From Candidatus Heimdallarchaeota archaeon (lineage in GTDB: Archaea > Asgardarchaeota > Heimdallarchaeia > JABLTI01), in the NCBI GenBank assembly GCA_030614005.1, contig JAUWKS010000001.1, forward strand, positions 90,001 through 122,000: a stretch of 32,000 nucleotides of DNA, read 5' to 3'. This document shows, one piece after another, positions 8,158 through 17,401 of this stretch. The position numbers and the translations under genes are program-made. The notes below the pieces were generated by a model, which had not been told where the DNA came from, searched no databases, and was given only the letters and a program-made list of their open reading frames with translations. Within the stretch, counting starts at the first letter, position 1, and the number at the start of each line of letters is the position of its first letter.

Positions 8158-9360
8158 TCATTTAATATGAGAATCTAATGCATTCAATATTCGTTCTAAA
8201 GCTTCTTCCAAAATCGATTTTGGGCAAGCCAGATTAAACCTTTGGAATCCACTACCAAGTTCACCAAACATTGCACCATCATCCAAACCAACTCTAGCTT
8301 CTTTCTTGATAATTTCATCTAACTTCTTTGGGTCCAAACCTAATGCACGGAAATCAACCCATGCTAAATATGTACCTTCCAAATCAAACACTTTCACTTC
8401 TGGCATTTTCTCTTCAACATATTTTACAAGAAAATCAAAATTGGATTTAAGATATACCAATAAATCATCCAACCAATCCTCACATTCGTTGTAAACAGTT
8501 TCGAGTGCTAACCCACCAAAAATTCCTGGTGAACGTATTGAAACATTTTGCATTGTAATAGCTAGTTTTTCTCTCAACAATTTGTTAGATATTATTGTGT
8601 TACTTGTTTTTAAGCCAGCAGTATTGAATGTTTTTGAGGGAGCAGTGCAGGTTATAGAATTATCAGCAAATTTCTTTGAGATAGTTGCATAAGGAACGTG
8701 TGTGTGACCAGGAAAAATCAGATCACAATGAATCTCATCTGCTATGACAAGAATATTATGTTTATTACAAATCTTCCCTAATTTTGTGAGCTCCTCTTTT
8801 GTCCACACTCTTGCCACAGGATTGTGAGGACTACAAAGAATAAGCATTTTTGCTCGAGGTGTTTTACACTTTTCCTCTAAATCCTTAAAGTCGATTTCAT
8901 AATGACTGTCTTTGATCACTAATTGATTGTTAAGGACAATACGACCATTTTCTTGAATACTCGATTTGAAAGGATAATAAACCGGTTCTTGGATGATTAT
9001 TTTATCACCAGGTATAGTATACGTTTGAATAATGAACTGGATAGCTGGAACTACTCCAGGGGCAAATAGTAACCAATCTTTCTCAATGGTCCAATTATGT
9101 CTTCTTTGAAACCAATCAATTACCGCTTTATGATATGTATCTCCAGGTAGAGAATACCCGAAGACACCGTGCTCAACTCTTTTTTTAAGAGCATCAAGAA
9201 GTGCCTTAGGAGCGCGAAAATCCATATCAGCTACCCAAAGAGGTAATAAGTCTCCATCAATTTTGAAATGTTCTTTCATAAACACTTGGTCCCACTTTAT
9301 TGCATTTGTGCCTTCTCTATAGATTACTTCATCAAAGTTCCAGTTTCGCTCTTGTGGCAT
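8158..9360 (-). CDS. patB: MalY/PatB-family PLP-dependent C-S lyase (cystathionine beta-lyase-like)
   Basis: LPLWVADMDF, HGVFGY, LCSPHNPV.RVW, DEIHCDL, APSKTFN (PLP lysine), GTYLAWVDF, RFNLACP. Confidence 0.93.
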   Translation of the reverse strand: MPQERNWNFDEVIYREGTNAIKWDQVFMKEHFKIDGDLLPLWVADMDFRAPKALLDALKKRVEHGVFGYSLPGDTYHKAVIDWFQRRHNWTIEKDWLLFAPGVVPAIQFIIQTYTIPGDKIIIQEPVYYPFKSSIQENGRIVLNNQLVIKDSHYEIDFKDLEEKCKTPRAKMLILCSPHNPVARVWTKEELTKLGKICNKHNILVIADEIHCDLIFPGHTHVPYATISKKFADNSITCTAPSKTFNTAGLKTSNTIISNKLLREKLAITMQNVSIRSPGIFGGLALETVYNECEDWLDDLLVYLKSNFDFLVKYVEEKMPEVKVFDLEGTYLAWVDFRALGLDPKKLDEIIKKEARVGLDDGAMFGELGSGFQRFNLACPKSILEEALERILNALDSHIK

Positions 9361-9476
9361 AAGATCAGATCCAATCGTTTAATAAATGAAAATAATTACA
9401 CTTAATATTTTTGACTTATATTTTAACTATCAAGTATAAATTTCATGATAAAAAGTAGTATTATTCAAAACTCAAT

Positions 9477-9698
9477 TCAAATATTTTTTTCATTTGTGGT
9501 GATTTCTGTAGAACGAGCATGAAATATTTTGGCGTCTTTATCTATTGTTATTTGTACTCTTTCAACTATTTTAATTTCAATAACGAATCTTTTTCTTAAC
9601 ATTTCCAATTGAGACACATTAATCACATACTGATATTTAATCAAATATGAAAATGGAAGAATAATAACCCCAAAAAAAGAAAGAAGAACAGTAAACAA
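9477..9698 (-). CDS. Possible short membrane-anchored protein or gene remnant
   Basis: 73-aa ORF with TTG start and a hydrophobic N-terminus followed by beta-like segments. An in-frame stop lies two codons upstream and there is no clear RBS. Confidence 0.25.
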   Translation of the reverse strand: MFTVLLSFFGVIILPFSYLIKYQYVINVSQLEMLRKRFVIEIKIVERVQITIDKDAKIFHARSTEITTNEKNI

Positions 9699-9716
9699 CA
9701 GTTAAATTTAGGTTCG

Positions 9717-10119
9717 TCATGAAAGTTCGTTGGAACTAAAGTCATTTTCATCATCAAAAGTAATATCAAAACCAGATACTATTATTCCAAATATCTCAAC
9801 GAATATTTTCAAAATCAACTTTGACAATGCATCCCTTAACAACTCAGATTCAACATTGAATACACGATTATAATTTACATCTTGAGGTTCCATAACAAAA
9901 ACTAATGCAGTTATCTTTCTGATTTGTTTTGAGTTTAATTTTCGTTTATACGGCAAGAAATTATTTGAAACTATTTCACAATAGAATTCATTATTACTAC
10001 ATTGAGTGAATTGAACGTATGCATAATCAATGATCTTTTGGTGAAATTTTTAGAAAATTGTCTTCGTACTCTGGGGCAACTAGTTTTTCAAAATAAGGTA
10101 TAATTTCTTGATATGCCAA
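9717..10119 (-). pseudogene. Frameshifted gene resembling the TY-Chap (YopN/CesT/YbjN-type chaperone) domain
   Basis: Frame A from TTG 10119 reads LAYQEIIPYFEKLVAPEYEDNFLKISPKDH* (stop 10029-10027). Frame B reads KFHQKIIDYAYVQFTQCSNNEFYCEIVSNNFLPYKRKLNSKQI... to stop 9717. Removing one base near 10032 fuses them (PKD-IDYAYVQF). Family assignment is by recalled motif (YVQF...CE.VSN.FL). Confidence 0.5.
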
Positions 10120-10212
10120 TAGCCTTTCATCTCTAACTGATTGTTACTTATAACTTGTTTTATAATTATACTTTTTTTATAGGTTATCACCTTATCTCGA
10201 TGTGTAGCGAAA

Positions 10213-10935
10213 TTACTTTTTCACTCCAATTAGCAAACCACGATCAAATTTAGGATCGTCTTGGAATATTGTTGTTACTAAATTGTTTTCAACCATTAAA
10301 GATTGAAGCAACTCAGTTGGATACATTGCTAACTCATGATGCTCTACAAAATGATTTACCGCCTTCCCTCTTTCAGCAACTAAATAATGCATATCAAATA
10401 TTGATATTTCTCCTTTCACTTCAGAGGTGTTCACTCGAGTAATTATGAGATCGTCGTTTTTGTAAGTAGTAATGTGTGGTTCTCCTGCTCTAAAAATAGC
10501 TTTATCAAGCCACTGTTCGATAAGCACAATGCCTCCTGGCTTTAGGTGGTCAGCAAACACTTTGATAGTTTTTGATAACCGCTCTTTGGATATTATATAA
10601 GCAATTGAACTGAACAAGCAAGTTATTACATCAAATTTCTTACCAAGATTTAATTCGGACATATCTGCAACTTCAAAATGAACTTCAGGGTGTTTTTTCT
10701 TTGCAACATCAATCATTTCAACATTAAGATCAGTGCCTGTGCAAGTAAATATCTTTTTCAAATAAGTCAAATGGGCCCCAGTTCCGCAAGCAATATCAAG
10801 TAGTTCTTTCCCATCACTTTTCTTGTATTGTTTGATCAATTGTTTTAGGATTTCTGATTCGCCTTCATAGTCCTTCAACTCATAGACCTTATCGTAATAT
10901 TTTGCTAGAATTTTGTATTTATTTGCGTCAGTCAT
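10213..10935 (-). CDS. Class I SAM-dependent methyltransferase (sugar/amine N-methyltransferase-like, TylM1/DesVI-type architecture)
   Basis: AKYYD, LLDIACGTG (motif I), GTDLN, ADMSELNLGKKFDVITCLFSSIAY, HLKPGG. Confidence 0.9.
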   Translation of the reverse strand: MTDANKYKILAKYYDKVYELKDYEGESEILKQLIKQYKKSDGKELLDIACGTGAHLTYLKKIFTCTGTDLNVEMIDVAKKKHPEVHFEVADMSELNLGKKFDVITCLFSSIAYIISKERLSKTIKVFADHLKPGGIVLIEQWLDKAIFRAGEPHITTYKNDDLIITRVNTSEVKGEISIFDMHYLVAERGKAVNHFVEHHELAMYPTELLQSLMVENNLVTTIFQDDPKFDRGLLIGVKK

Positions 10936-11178
10936 ATTTTACAATATATCTAATTAAATATCAATTTTCGCATTTCCTTCTTTAGTCAATTTTCTATTAA
11001 GAATTCAAATACTAGCGACAGATAATTTTTTTTACTAAAAAATAGGGCTGTCAGGTTCTTTTCTTGTTCTTCATTATTTAAGAATGATTTTTTTGGAAAC
11101 AAAACTAAATAAACAAATTATTTTTAGATTTGGAAAACTATCTGATGATTTTAATAGAGTATTGTACAAGAGAAAACC

Positions 11179-12039
11179 ATGGGCTATCTATTTCGTAAAT
11201 TAGTAAGAAATGATATACAGGCAATAGCTGAAATAGCTAGTTATATGCCTTCCTATTTTCAAAATATAATTGAGTATGCAGAATTTTTTATGGATGATCC
11301 TAACAGCTATTACTTTGGTATGTTCCAAGAGAATAATCTTCTTGGTGTTGGAAATCTAAAATATAAGACATCGAAATTTGCTTGGATAGAATCAATTCGC
11401 GTAGCACCTAATAATCAACTGAAGGGTATTGGTACAGCTCTTTTCAATCATGGAGTAGAGAAAGCAAAGGAAGAAAACTACCCAATGGTTGCATTTGCAA
11501 CAGATGAAGGCAATCAAGGCTCATGCAATATAGGTAAGAAACTAGGATTTCAATTAGTAGAAGAAATGAAACCTCACTGGATAAAACTTGCAAATCTGAA
11601 TATTGATAGAGAAAATATACAAGTCAACCAACACGTAATCTCACTAGATGAAGCATTTGAACTATTGAAAATTATTCCAGATGGTCCTAAAGAAGAAGTT
11701 TCTATTGGCTGGAGTTATATTCCATTAGATAAAACATTCTTTGCTAATCAACCAGATATACGATTTTATGCTATTAAGAAAACTCTACTTCTTGAATATA
11801 TAACACGGGACTTGAAAACAAATAAGATTCGTACCGTTAGTGCAATAGTTTTTGGATCTGAAAAACACACAAAAGAATTACTCAACGAGTTTATTAGACG
11901 AAATGATAAACATGAGTTTCTTTATTGTTTCATAAATGAAAAACTTGAGCATAGCCCACAAGAATTAGGATTTAAACAAGAAGTCACATCTACAGGTATA
12001 CCAAATAAAATACTTTTATGGAAATTAAAACTGATTTGA
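11179..12039 (+). CDS. GNAT-family N-acetyltransferase
   Basis: AWIESIRVAPNNQLKGIGTALF (motif A, Q/RxxGxG/A) and N..S..IGKKLGF (motif B), followed by a C-terminal extension. Confidence 0.85.
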   Translation: MGYLFRKLVRNDIQAIAEIASYMPSYFQNIIEYAEFFMDDPNSYYFGMFQENNLLGVGNLKYKTSKFAWIESIRVAPNNQLKGIGTALFNHGVEKAKEENYPMVAFATDEGNQGSCNIGKKLGFQLVEEMKPHWIKLANLNIDRENIQVNQHVISLDEAFELLKIIPDGPKEEVSIGWSYIPLDKTFFANQPDIRFYAIKKTLLLEYITRDLKTNKIRTVSAIVFGSEKHTKELLNEFIRRNDKHEFLYCFINEKLEHSPQELGFKQEVTSTGIPNKILLWKLKLI

Positions 12040-12093
12040 TAGTTATTAGTCCAACTGACAATAATATAATCTCACACATTGTAGGGAAATTTA

Positions 12094-12909
12094 CTATTCT
12101 TTTAAATGAATATAACTAAAGCATCTTGGGATATGAGAATCATAAACACCATGAGCATTTAAGGACCAACCTGGATGTCGGGTTACTTTCACAGCATTGT
12201 AACTTAGTTTTTGGAAACGCGAAAAATCCATTCTCAATGTATCCAGATTCTCGAGTGGAATTATTTCTTTACCAAATAATGATTTCATACCTTTCCAAGG
12301 TAAAGCAATTTCCACAGTCCAACCCTCATCCCGATCTGAAGCATCATTTAATGTCCCTTGAATTTTTACTTTTGCTTTTAGTTCAGGAAAATCCCAATCC
12401 ACAAAAGCCCACCTTTTACCTCTGGGATGAGCACCATATCTAGATTCATCTTGAAAACCACCAAGAACATCAACATTGTTTGTGATTAAATCGAACTCGG
12501 GAATTTCGAATCGACTACCTTTTTTATAAGCATCTTGCCACACAAAAAACACTTCATAACAAGTTCCAAGTGCATTTATTTCAAATTCATAATAGCAATC
12601 CTTACCGGCAATAAATAACTCAACGTCATTTTCTGTAAAAATTAATGAATCTCTTTTTGTCAATTTAGCTTGTATGTTCGGTTCTTCAATCCAATAAGCA
12701 ACATATAGATTGTTCTCATCCCATAATGCAGCCATTTGAGTTTGCAGAAAAGCAGGTTCGCCTGTGACCATATCTACAAATGGAGAAGATTTTTGGGCTT
12801 TTTTCCAAACTTCTTTTTCTAGGTTACCATTAATATTTATGGAAGTATGAGTTCGTTTACAAATATAATGTACAATCTGTTCTTCTTTGCAACCATACAT
12901 CTTTGTCAT
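12094..12909 (-). CDS. Carbohydrate-binding family 9-like (CBM9/DOMON-like) protein
   Basis: INGNLEKEVWKKA, ALWDENNLYVAY, ENDVELFI, YYEFEINALG, GWTVEIALPW, LRMDFSR. No signal peptide. Confidence 0.85.
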   Translation of the reverse strand: MTKMYGCKEEQIVHYICKRTHTSININGNLEKEVWKKAQKSSPFVDMVTGEPAFLQTQMAALWDENNLYVAYWIEEPNIQAKLTKRDSLIFTENDVELFIAGKDCYYEFEINALGTCYEVFFVWQDAYKKGSRFEIPEFDLITNNVDVLGGFQDESRYGAHPRGKRWAFVDWDFPELKAKVKIQGTLNDASDRDEGWTVEIALPWKGMKSLFGKEIIPLENLDTLRMDFSRFQKLSYNAVKVTRHPGWSLNAHGVYDSHIPRCFSYIHLKE

Positions 12910-12986
12910 CCTACAAATTTAATATTTGAATGCTCTTTAGCTTTTTGTTTGAAAAGTAATGCAGAAGTTTGTTAAAAGTATTTTTT

Positions 12987-13331
12987 TTATTTTAAATCAA
13001 TATAGATATCGAAAAACTCAGTTTTATCTTGAACTTTAAAATATATATCTTGTCCATTTGATGACCCTTTATTCATAATAGAAAACTCTGTTTTTAATCC
13101 AATTTGAAGCATTATCGATAGAGTTTCCAATTTTGGATTCACTAAACCTACTTGTACATTTCCTGGAAGTTTCATTCCTGTTTTGAATATTTGAATGTTG
13201 TATCGTTCGTACTCACCACTAAATTTCACTTCCCAACGTTCACTCAGAAAACCTTCTACTTGATTATTGAATAGGATTGAAAATCCACCATTCTCAAGAA
13301 TTGTTGCTATTCGTTCACTTATTTTCTGCAT
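12987..13331 (-). CDS. Hypothetical protein (114 aa)
   Basis: ATG-initiated ORF co-oriented with its neighbours with plausible globular composition; no family recognised. Confidence 0.6.
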   Translation of the reverse strand: MQKISERIATILENGGFSILFNNQVEGFLSERWEVKFSGEYERYNIQIFKTGMKLPGNVQVGLVNPKLETLSIMLQIGLKTEFSIMNKGSSNGQDIYFKVQDKTEFFDIYIDLK

Positions 13332-13401
13332 ACTGTTATTTTATTTGAAATGTTTTTGGGTTTTTCCATTAGAAAGCATACCAAAAAGTGTTCTTTCTCT
13401 C

Positions 13402-14406
13402 TTAGAACACTATTAGAAAGTATAAGAATTCGTTAAAGTGTTTTAATAATTGCTCCTTAATTGGAATACTAGAAAGAATTATTTTTGAAAGAGCCTCAGA
13501 AAGAAGGGTAAGATTCGAGTAAGCAATTTTTTTGTTAATTGTTTTAACCAACAGTTCAACAGCTTTAGGAGATTGTTGAGCAATGATTTGAGGTCTAAAT
13601 TCCTTTTCAGTTGCTAAAAGCAAATTTCTATTTTCCGTTAGCAATGTTTGATAATTATTTGTATTGGCTAAAATCTCATTAATTATCTGATGAGTTTTTT
13701 TTCTAAAATATTCTTTAAAATGACCGAAATTATCTTCGATCAAAGCTTTATAATGAGGTTTTTTCATTCCTTTTTCAAGGACAATTGATAAAAATCGATC
13801 ATTAATATTCTCAAAAACTCTGTATCTAATTTGATTCCAATTTGGCAACTCATTGATTTCTAAAAAATGCCGCTTGTGGATTTCAATCAAAGATTTTGCA
13901 TATAGCACATAGTCTTGTTTTATTTTTGATTGACCAATGTCTAATTCGACATTCACAATAATCTTAGAATCAGCAGAAAAGTCAGCCTCGTCAAATGAAA
14001 AAGAATCATCAATATTCGCCAAGGGTATTTTTTCTATATCAACAACATTTATTGTTTTTTGTTGAGCAGGTCTATTTTGAAATTTACGCTTTTCAATGGT
14101 AATTTCTTGATTACTATCTTTAGCATTTTGAGTAATAATTTTACAATAAATAGGTTTCTTGATTAAACCCAATGCGTGGGATATATTCCATTCTACAAAA
14201 AACTTCCTTGAAGTATAATCCATTTTATCGGATGCGATTATTCTTCTCTCCCAGAATTTCGTTGAATCGATTTCTGTCTGAAGAATGTTAATATCGTCTT
14301 CAATAATTGCATCTTGAATTATAGTTTGATGTTTATCATTACTATAAATTTCATTTGATTGATGGAGATAAGAAATGATGGAGAGTTTTTTTTGGGTATG
14401 ACTCAA
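13402..14406 (-). CDS. Hypothetical protein (334 aa), beta-rich N half and helical C half
   Basis: Long ORF in AT-rich DNA; GGTG upstream of the ATG; no family recognised. Confidence 0.75.
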   Translation of the reverse strand: MSHTQKKLSIISYLHQSNEIYSNDKHQTIIQDAIIEDDINILQTEIDSTKFWERRIIASDKMDYTSRKFFVEWNISHALGLIKKPIYCKIITQNAKDSNQEITIEKRKFQNRPAQQKTINVVDIEKIPLANIDDSFSFDEADFSADSKIIVNVELDIGQSKIKQDYVLYAKSLIEIHKRHFLEINELPNWNQIRYRVFENINDRFLSIVLEKGMKKPHYKALIEDNFGHFKEYFRKKTHQIINEILANTNNYQTLLTENRNLLLATEKEFRPQIIAQQSPKAVELLVKTINKKIAYSNLTLLSEALSKIILSSIPIKEQLLKHFNEFLYFLIVF

Positions 14407-14477
14407 ACAAGTAGCACCTAAATTAGTTTGACTGACTGATAATTAATCAGGTTCCATATTAAAGGAAAGTGAAAAAG

Positions 14478-16781
14478 CTACTTGAGTTTTCTTCTTAAGA
14501 AACTCAAGTTTGTTAAACCCAAAATAGCAATAATTAACCAAATATTGAGATTGATTCCACCTTGATAGGATGTTGTGCCCACAGTAATAGTGAATTCGCC
14601 TTCTCCTGAGACACATTTTACAACCACATAAATATCTCTTGCAGTACGTGTACTATATGTTATTGTTTCAGTAATTCCAGCAGTTATTTCGGCGCTCGCG
14701 GCGAGATATCCTCCTTTTGTCGCACTAAAATCTTCAGCGGCATCATAGATAAAAAGATCATAATCAGCTGTAGCAGGTAAAGTGACACTAAAAGTCAGGG
14801 TAGTTTTTCTTGGAACTTTTATGTTTCTAGCCCAACTTTGATCATCAAACGGATCGGGTCCAAGGTAATGTGATATACTGTCACCAATTTCTATTTTCGT
14901 TAGGTACGCATCAATTGCCGCATTTGAATGTATTTTACCAAAACCTTCTATCTTGTCTCTTTCTCCTCGATTTAAATCAGGAATATTACTCATATCATCA
15001 TATGTTTCACCATCAAAAACCTCTGTTGCTGTTCCGCAAATTAGATTCTTCACTAAGAGAGCATTTTTTTGAGAATAGGACCAATCTTCACCCATTGCTT
15101 CTATAATTAAAGCTGCTAATCCAGAAACGTGAGGAGTTGACATACTCGTCCCCATACGTTCTGTATAATCATCAAACATCTTTTCATCTGAGAAATATCT
15201 GTTAACGCCATACAAATCAAAAATTAGATCTGCTTCTACAAAATCTGCATCGTTGGTATCAGCTGCAATAATCTTCCAACCACTATCATGAGATAAAGTA
15301 CTCCCACCAGGAGCAACAACATCTGGTTTGGTGTATGGACCCAGATACTCACCATTCGATGAATAATAGGCTATATCATCTTGTGAATTAATCGCCCCAA
15401 CAGTAATAGCTTTATCAGCAGTTCCAGGAGAACCGATACGAACACCTTCTTGAAAACTATTTCCAGCTGCAACTACACAAACAAACCCTTGCTCAACCAG
15501 ATTATCTATTGCTTTGTCTATCGATGCTACCTCTTCTGAGAAACCAATCGAACAACTTACTACTACAATACTATATTCTGTTCCAAAATTAGCAATCCAA
15601 TCAAAAGCATCTAACAATGTTAAACTATTTCCAATACCATAATCATCTAGAATTTTCAAGCCAACAATTTTACAATGAGGAGCTATACCTTGATAATTAT
15701 TATTTGCATCACTCAAATCTGCAGCAGGACGAGTAATGTTAACTTGGATGATAGAAGCACCAAGTTCCCCACTAGTTTTTTGTCCAATGAGATACCTGTA
15801 TCTACCGGGTATTGCAAAACTATAATTTAATTTCAAGGACCCTGCACTAAAATCACCAAAAATATGTAGGTCTTCTGTTGCATTTGCAGCATCATCACCA
15901 TTAGTATCTAAAGTAATAAACAAAGTATCGTCTGGAGCATTTCCAGAAAAATCATTCCAAGAAATATCAAAGTAAATAGTCCCATTTTGTTCCACATCAA
16001 CATATGAAGCAAACCCATACATTTCAGGTACATTCGGTGGAAATTCCAATGTTCGAGACAAACTCACGTACTCATTTTTTCCCGCAACCTCGCCAGTACC
16101 CGCAGCAATAGAAGCACAATGTGTGCCATGCCCAAAATAATCGCACGGAGAAGAATATTCATCATATTCATAATCAACATCCCTTCCAACAAAGTCCTGC
16201 CAATAAACTATTTTATCTTGAAAATCGGGATGGCTGTCATCTATGCCTGTATCAAGTATAGCGATAGCTTGATCTGGATCTCCTTTCAATCCAAGGGTAT
16301 CCCAAACATATGGACGAGTATTGATTTGTTGAGAGGATTTACTCAGAAGTGATTTACATTCAAAGTTTTCTGTTATAAAAGATACTTCAGTTTGTTGTGC
16401 TAATGAATACAATCTATCAATTGGTATACGAATAGCTGCTCCAAAAATTATCGACCAAGAAGAAACTATTTCACCTCCAAGAGATTCTACTCGAGAGATA
16501 AAATCATTAGAAATCTCACGGTTAAAAGTAACTATAGTGGTTATTTCTTCGCTTGGTGATTTTTCAGCAATAATTTTTTCAAGATTATCATGAATTTTAT
16601 TGGCATTTTTATCAGAACTTGCTAAAGGCATTACTACTCGACTGATTGTCATTTTTTCTTCCGTTGTTAAAGTTTCAATCTCAAAATTAATTGCCTGAAC
16701 TAATGATGGTAATATCGATGGCAGAATAAATATGCACAAAAGAATAATCAGTAGACTTTTTCTCTTTTTCAGCGAAAACAT
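14478..16781 (-). CDS. Secreted, membrane-anchored S8 subtilisin-family serine peptidase
   Basis: Signal peptide and I9-like propeptide; catalytic Asp (AILDTGID), His (HGTHCAS), oxyanion Asn (AAGN), Ser (GTSMSTPHVSG); ~130-aa insertion after the His; PPC-like C-terminal domain; C-terminal TM plus RRKLK. Confidence 0.95.
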   Translation of the reverse strand: MFSLKKRKSLLIILLCIFILPSILPSLVQAINFEIETLTTEEKMTISRVVMPLASSDKNANKIHDNLEKIIAEKSPSEEITTIVTFNREISNDFISRVESLGGEIVSSWSIIFGAAIRIPIDRLYSLAQQTEVSFITENFECKSLLSKSSQQINTRPYVWDTLGLKGDPDQAIAILDTGIDDSHPDFQDKIVYWQDFVGRDVDYEYDEYSSPCDYFGHGTHCASIAAGTGEVAGKNEYVSLSRTLEFPPNVPEMYGFASYVDVEQNGTIYFDISWNDFSGNAPDDTLFITLDTNGDDAANATEDLHIFGDFSAGSLKLNYSFAIPGRYRYLIGQKTSGELGASIIQVNITRPAADLSDANNNYQGIAPHCKIVGLKILDDYGIGNSLTLLDAFDWIANFGTEYSIVVVSCSIGFSEEVASIDKAIDNLVEQGFVCVVAAGNSFQEGVRIGSPGTADKAITVGAINSQDDIAYYSSNGEYLGPYTKPDVVAPGGSTLSHDSGWKIIAADTNDADFVEADLIFDLYGVNRYFSDEKMFDDYTERMGTSMSTPHVSGLAALIIEAMGEDWSYSQKNALLVKNLICGTATEVFDGETYDDMSNIPDLNRGERDKIEGFGKIHSNAAIDAYLTKIEIGDSISHYLGPDPFDDQSWARNIKVPRKTTLTFSVTLPATADYDLFIYDAAEDFSATKGGYLAASAEITAGITETITYSTRTARDIYVVVKCVSGEGEFTITVGTTSYQGGINLNIWLIIAILGLTNLSFLRRKLK

Positions 16782-16968
16782 CCCCTTAAATTGGTTTATA
16801 ATCTATGTTTATAATAGACAAATTACTGAAGAATAGATTGACCTACAATTATTAAAACATTTAGAGAGATAAGCAAACATCTCAGATAAATTTAATTATA
16901 TCATACTGTTTGTCAATAATACTCACATATTTACGAATGAGATTTACTAGCAAGGGTTTAAGAGAAGC

Positions 16969-17394
16969 ATGCCAAAAAAACCACGAAGAAAAATTGTCAG
17001 ATTGTTCATCAGTCATTCCTGGGACTATTCTGAGGATTACGTAAATCTTGTGAATTTTCTTCGAAGAATTGAAGATTTCGACTTCTATAATTATAGCGTA
17101 CCAAAGCATAATCCTCTTTCTGCAGATACTGACAAGAAGCTTCTAGATGAATTATGTGATCAATTACGAGGGTGTCATATACTAATTGTCTTGGCTACAA
17201 TGAGACCGACTTATAGTGAGTGGATTCAAAAAGAAATTTTGATTGCCAATGTTTATGACAAAGCTGTTTTAGCAATTCTTCCTCGTGGGCAGAAGAGGGT
17301 TGCAAGTATTATTTCGACTTACTCTGATGAAATAGTAAAATGGAACACCAAATCTATTCGAAAAGCGATAATCAAAATTATGGCTAAACGATAA
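16969..17394 (+). CDS. Stand-alone TIR-domain protein (MTH538/DUF1863, Thoeris ThsB-like)
   Basis: RLFISHSW, YNYSVPKHNPL, CHILIVLA, YSEWIQKEI with the putative catalytic Glu (codon 17233-17235), VLAILPRG, IVKWNTKSI. Confidence 0.9.
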   Translation: MPKKPRRKIVRLFISHSWDYSEDYVNLVNFLRRIEDFDFYNYSVPKHNPLSADTDKKLLDELCDQLRGCHILIVLATMRPTYSEWIQKEILIANVYDKAVLAILPRGQKRVASIISTYSDEIVKWNTKSIRKAIIKIMAKR

Positions 17395-17401
17395 ATCTAT
17401 T

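Noticed and set aside
4082-8494. Track ORFs 4082..4291, 4234..4485, 7601..7840, 8306..8494
   Set aside because: Fully nested in or antisense to well-supported CDSs.
10936-11178. Possible gene remnant or ncRNA in the 243-bp divergent intergenic region
   Set aside because: The minus-strand frame I translated is stop-interrupted without motifs and I see no convincing stems; consistent with a divergent promoter region.
14478-16781. S8 protease next to TIR as a defence-associated subtilase (AAA-ATPase/S8 type)
   Set aside because: It has a signal peptide, propeptide and C-terminal membrane anchor, is divergently transcribed, and has no ATPase partner.
12126-17109. Track ORFs 12126..12443, 14870..15106, 16119..16352, 16882..17109
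   Set aside because: Antisense shadows of the CBM9, S8 and TIR genes.
4089-17394. TIR plus caspase as a type IV Thoeris (TIR-caspase) system
   Set aside because: The caspase gene is about 11.5 kb away and encodes a signal peptide and Ig domains, so it would be outside the cell and unreachable by a cytoplasmic TIR signal.
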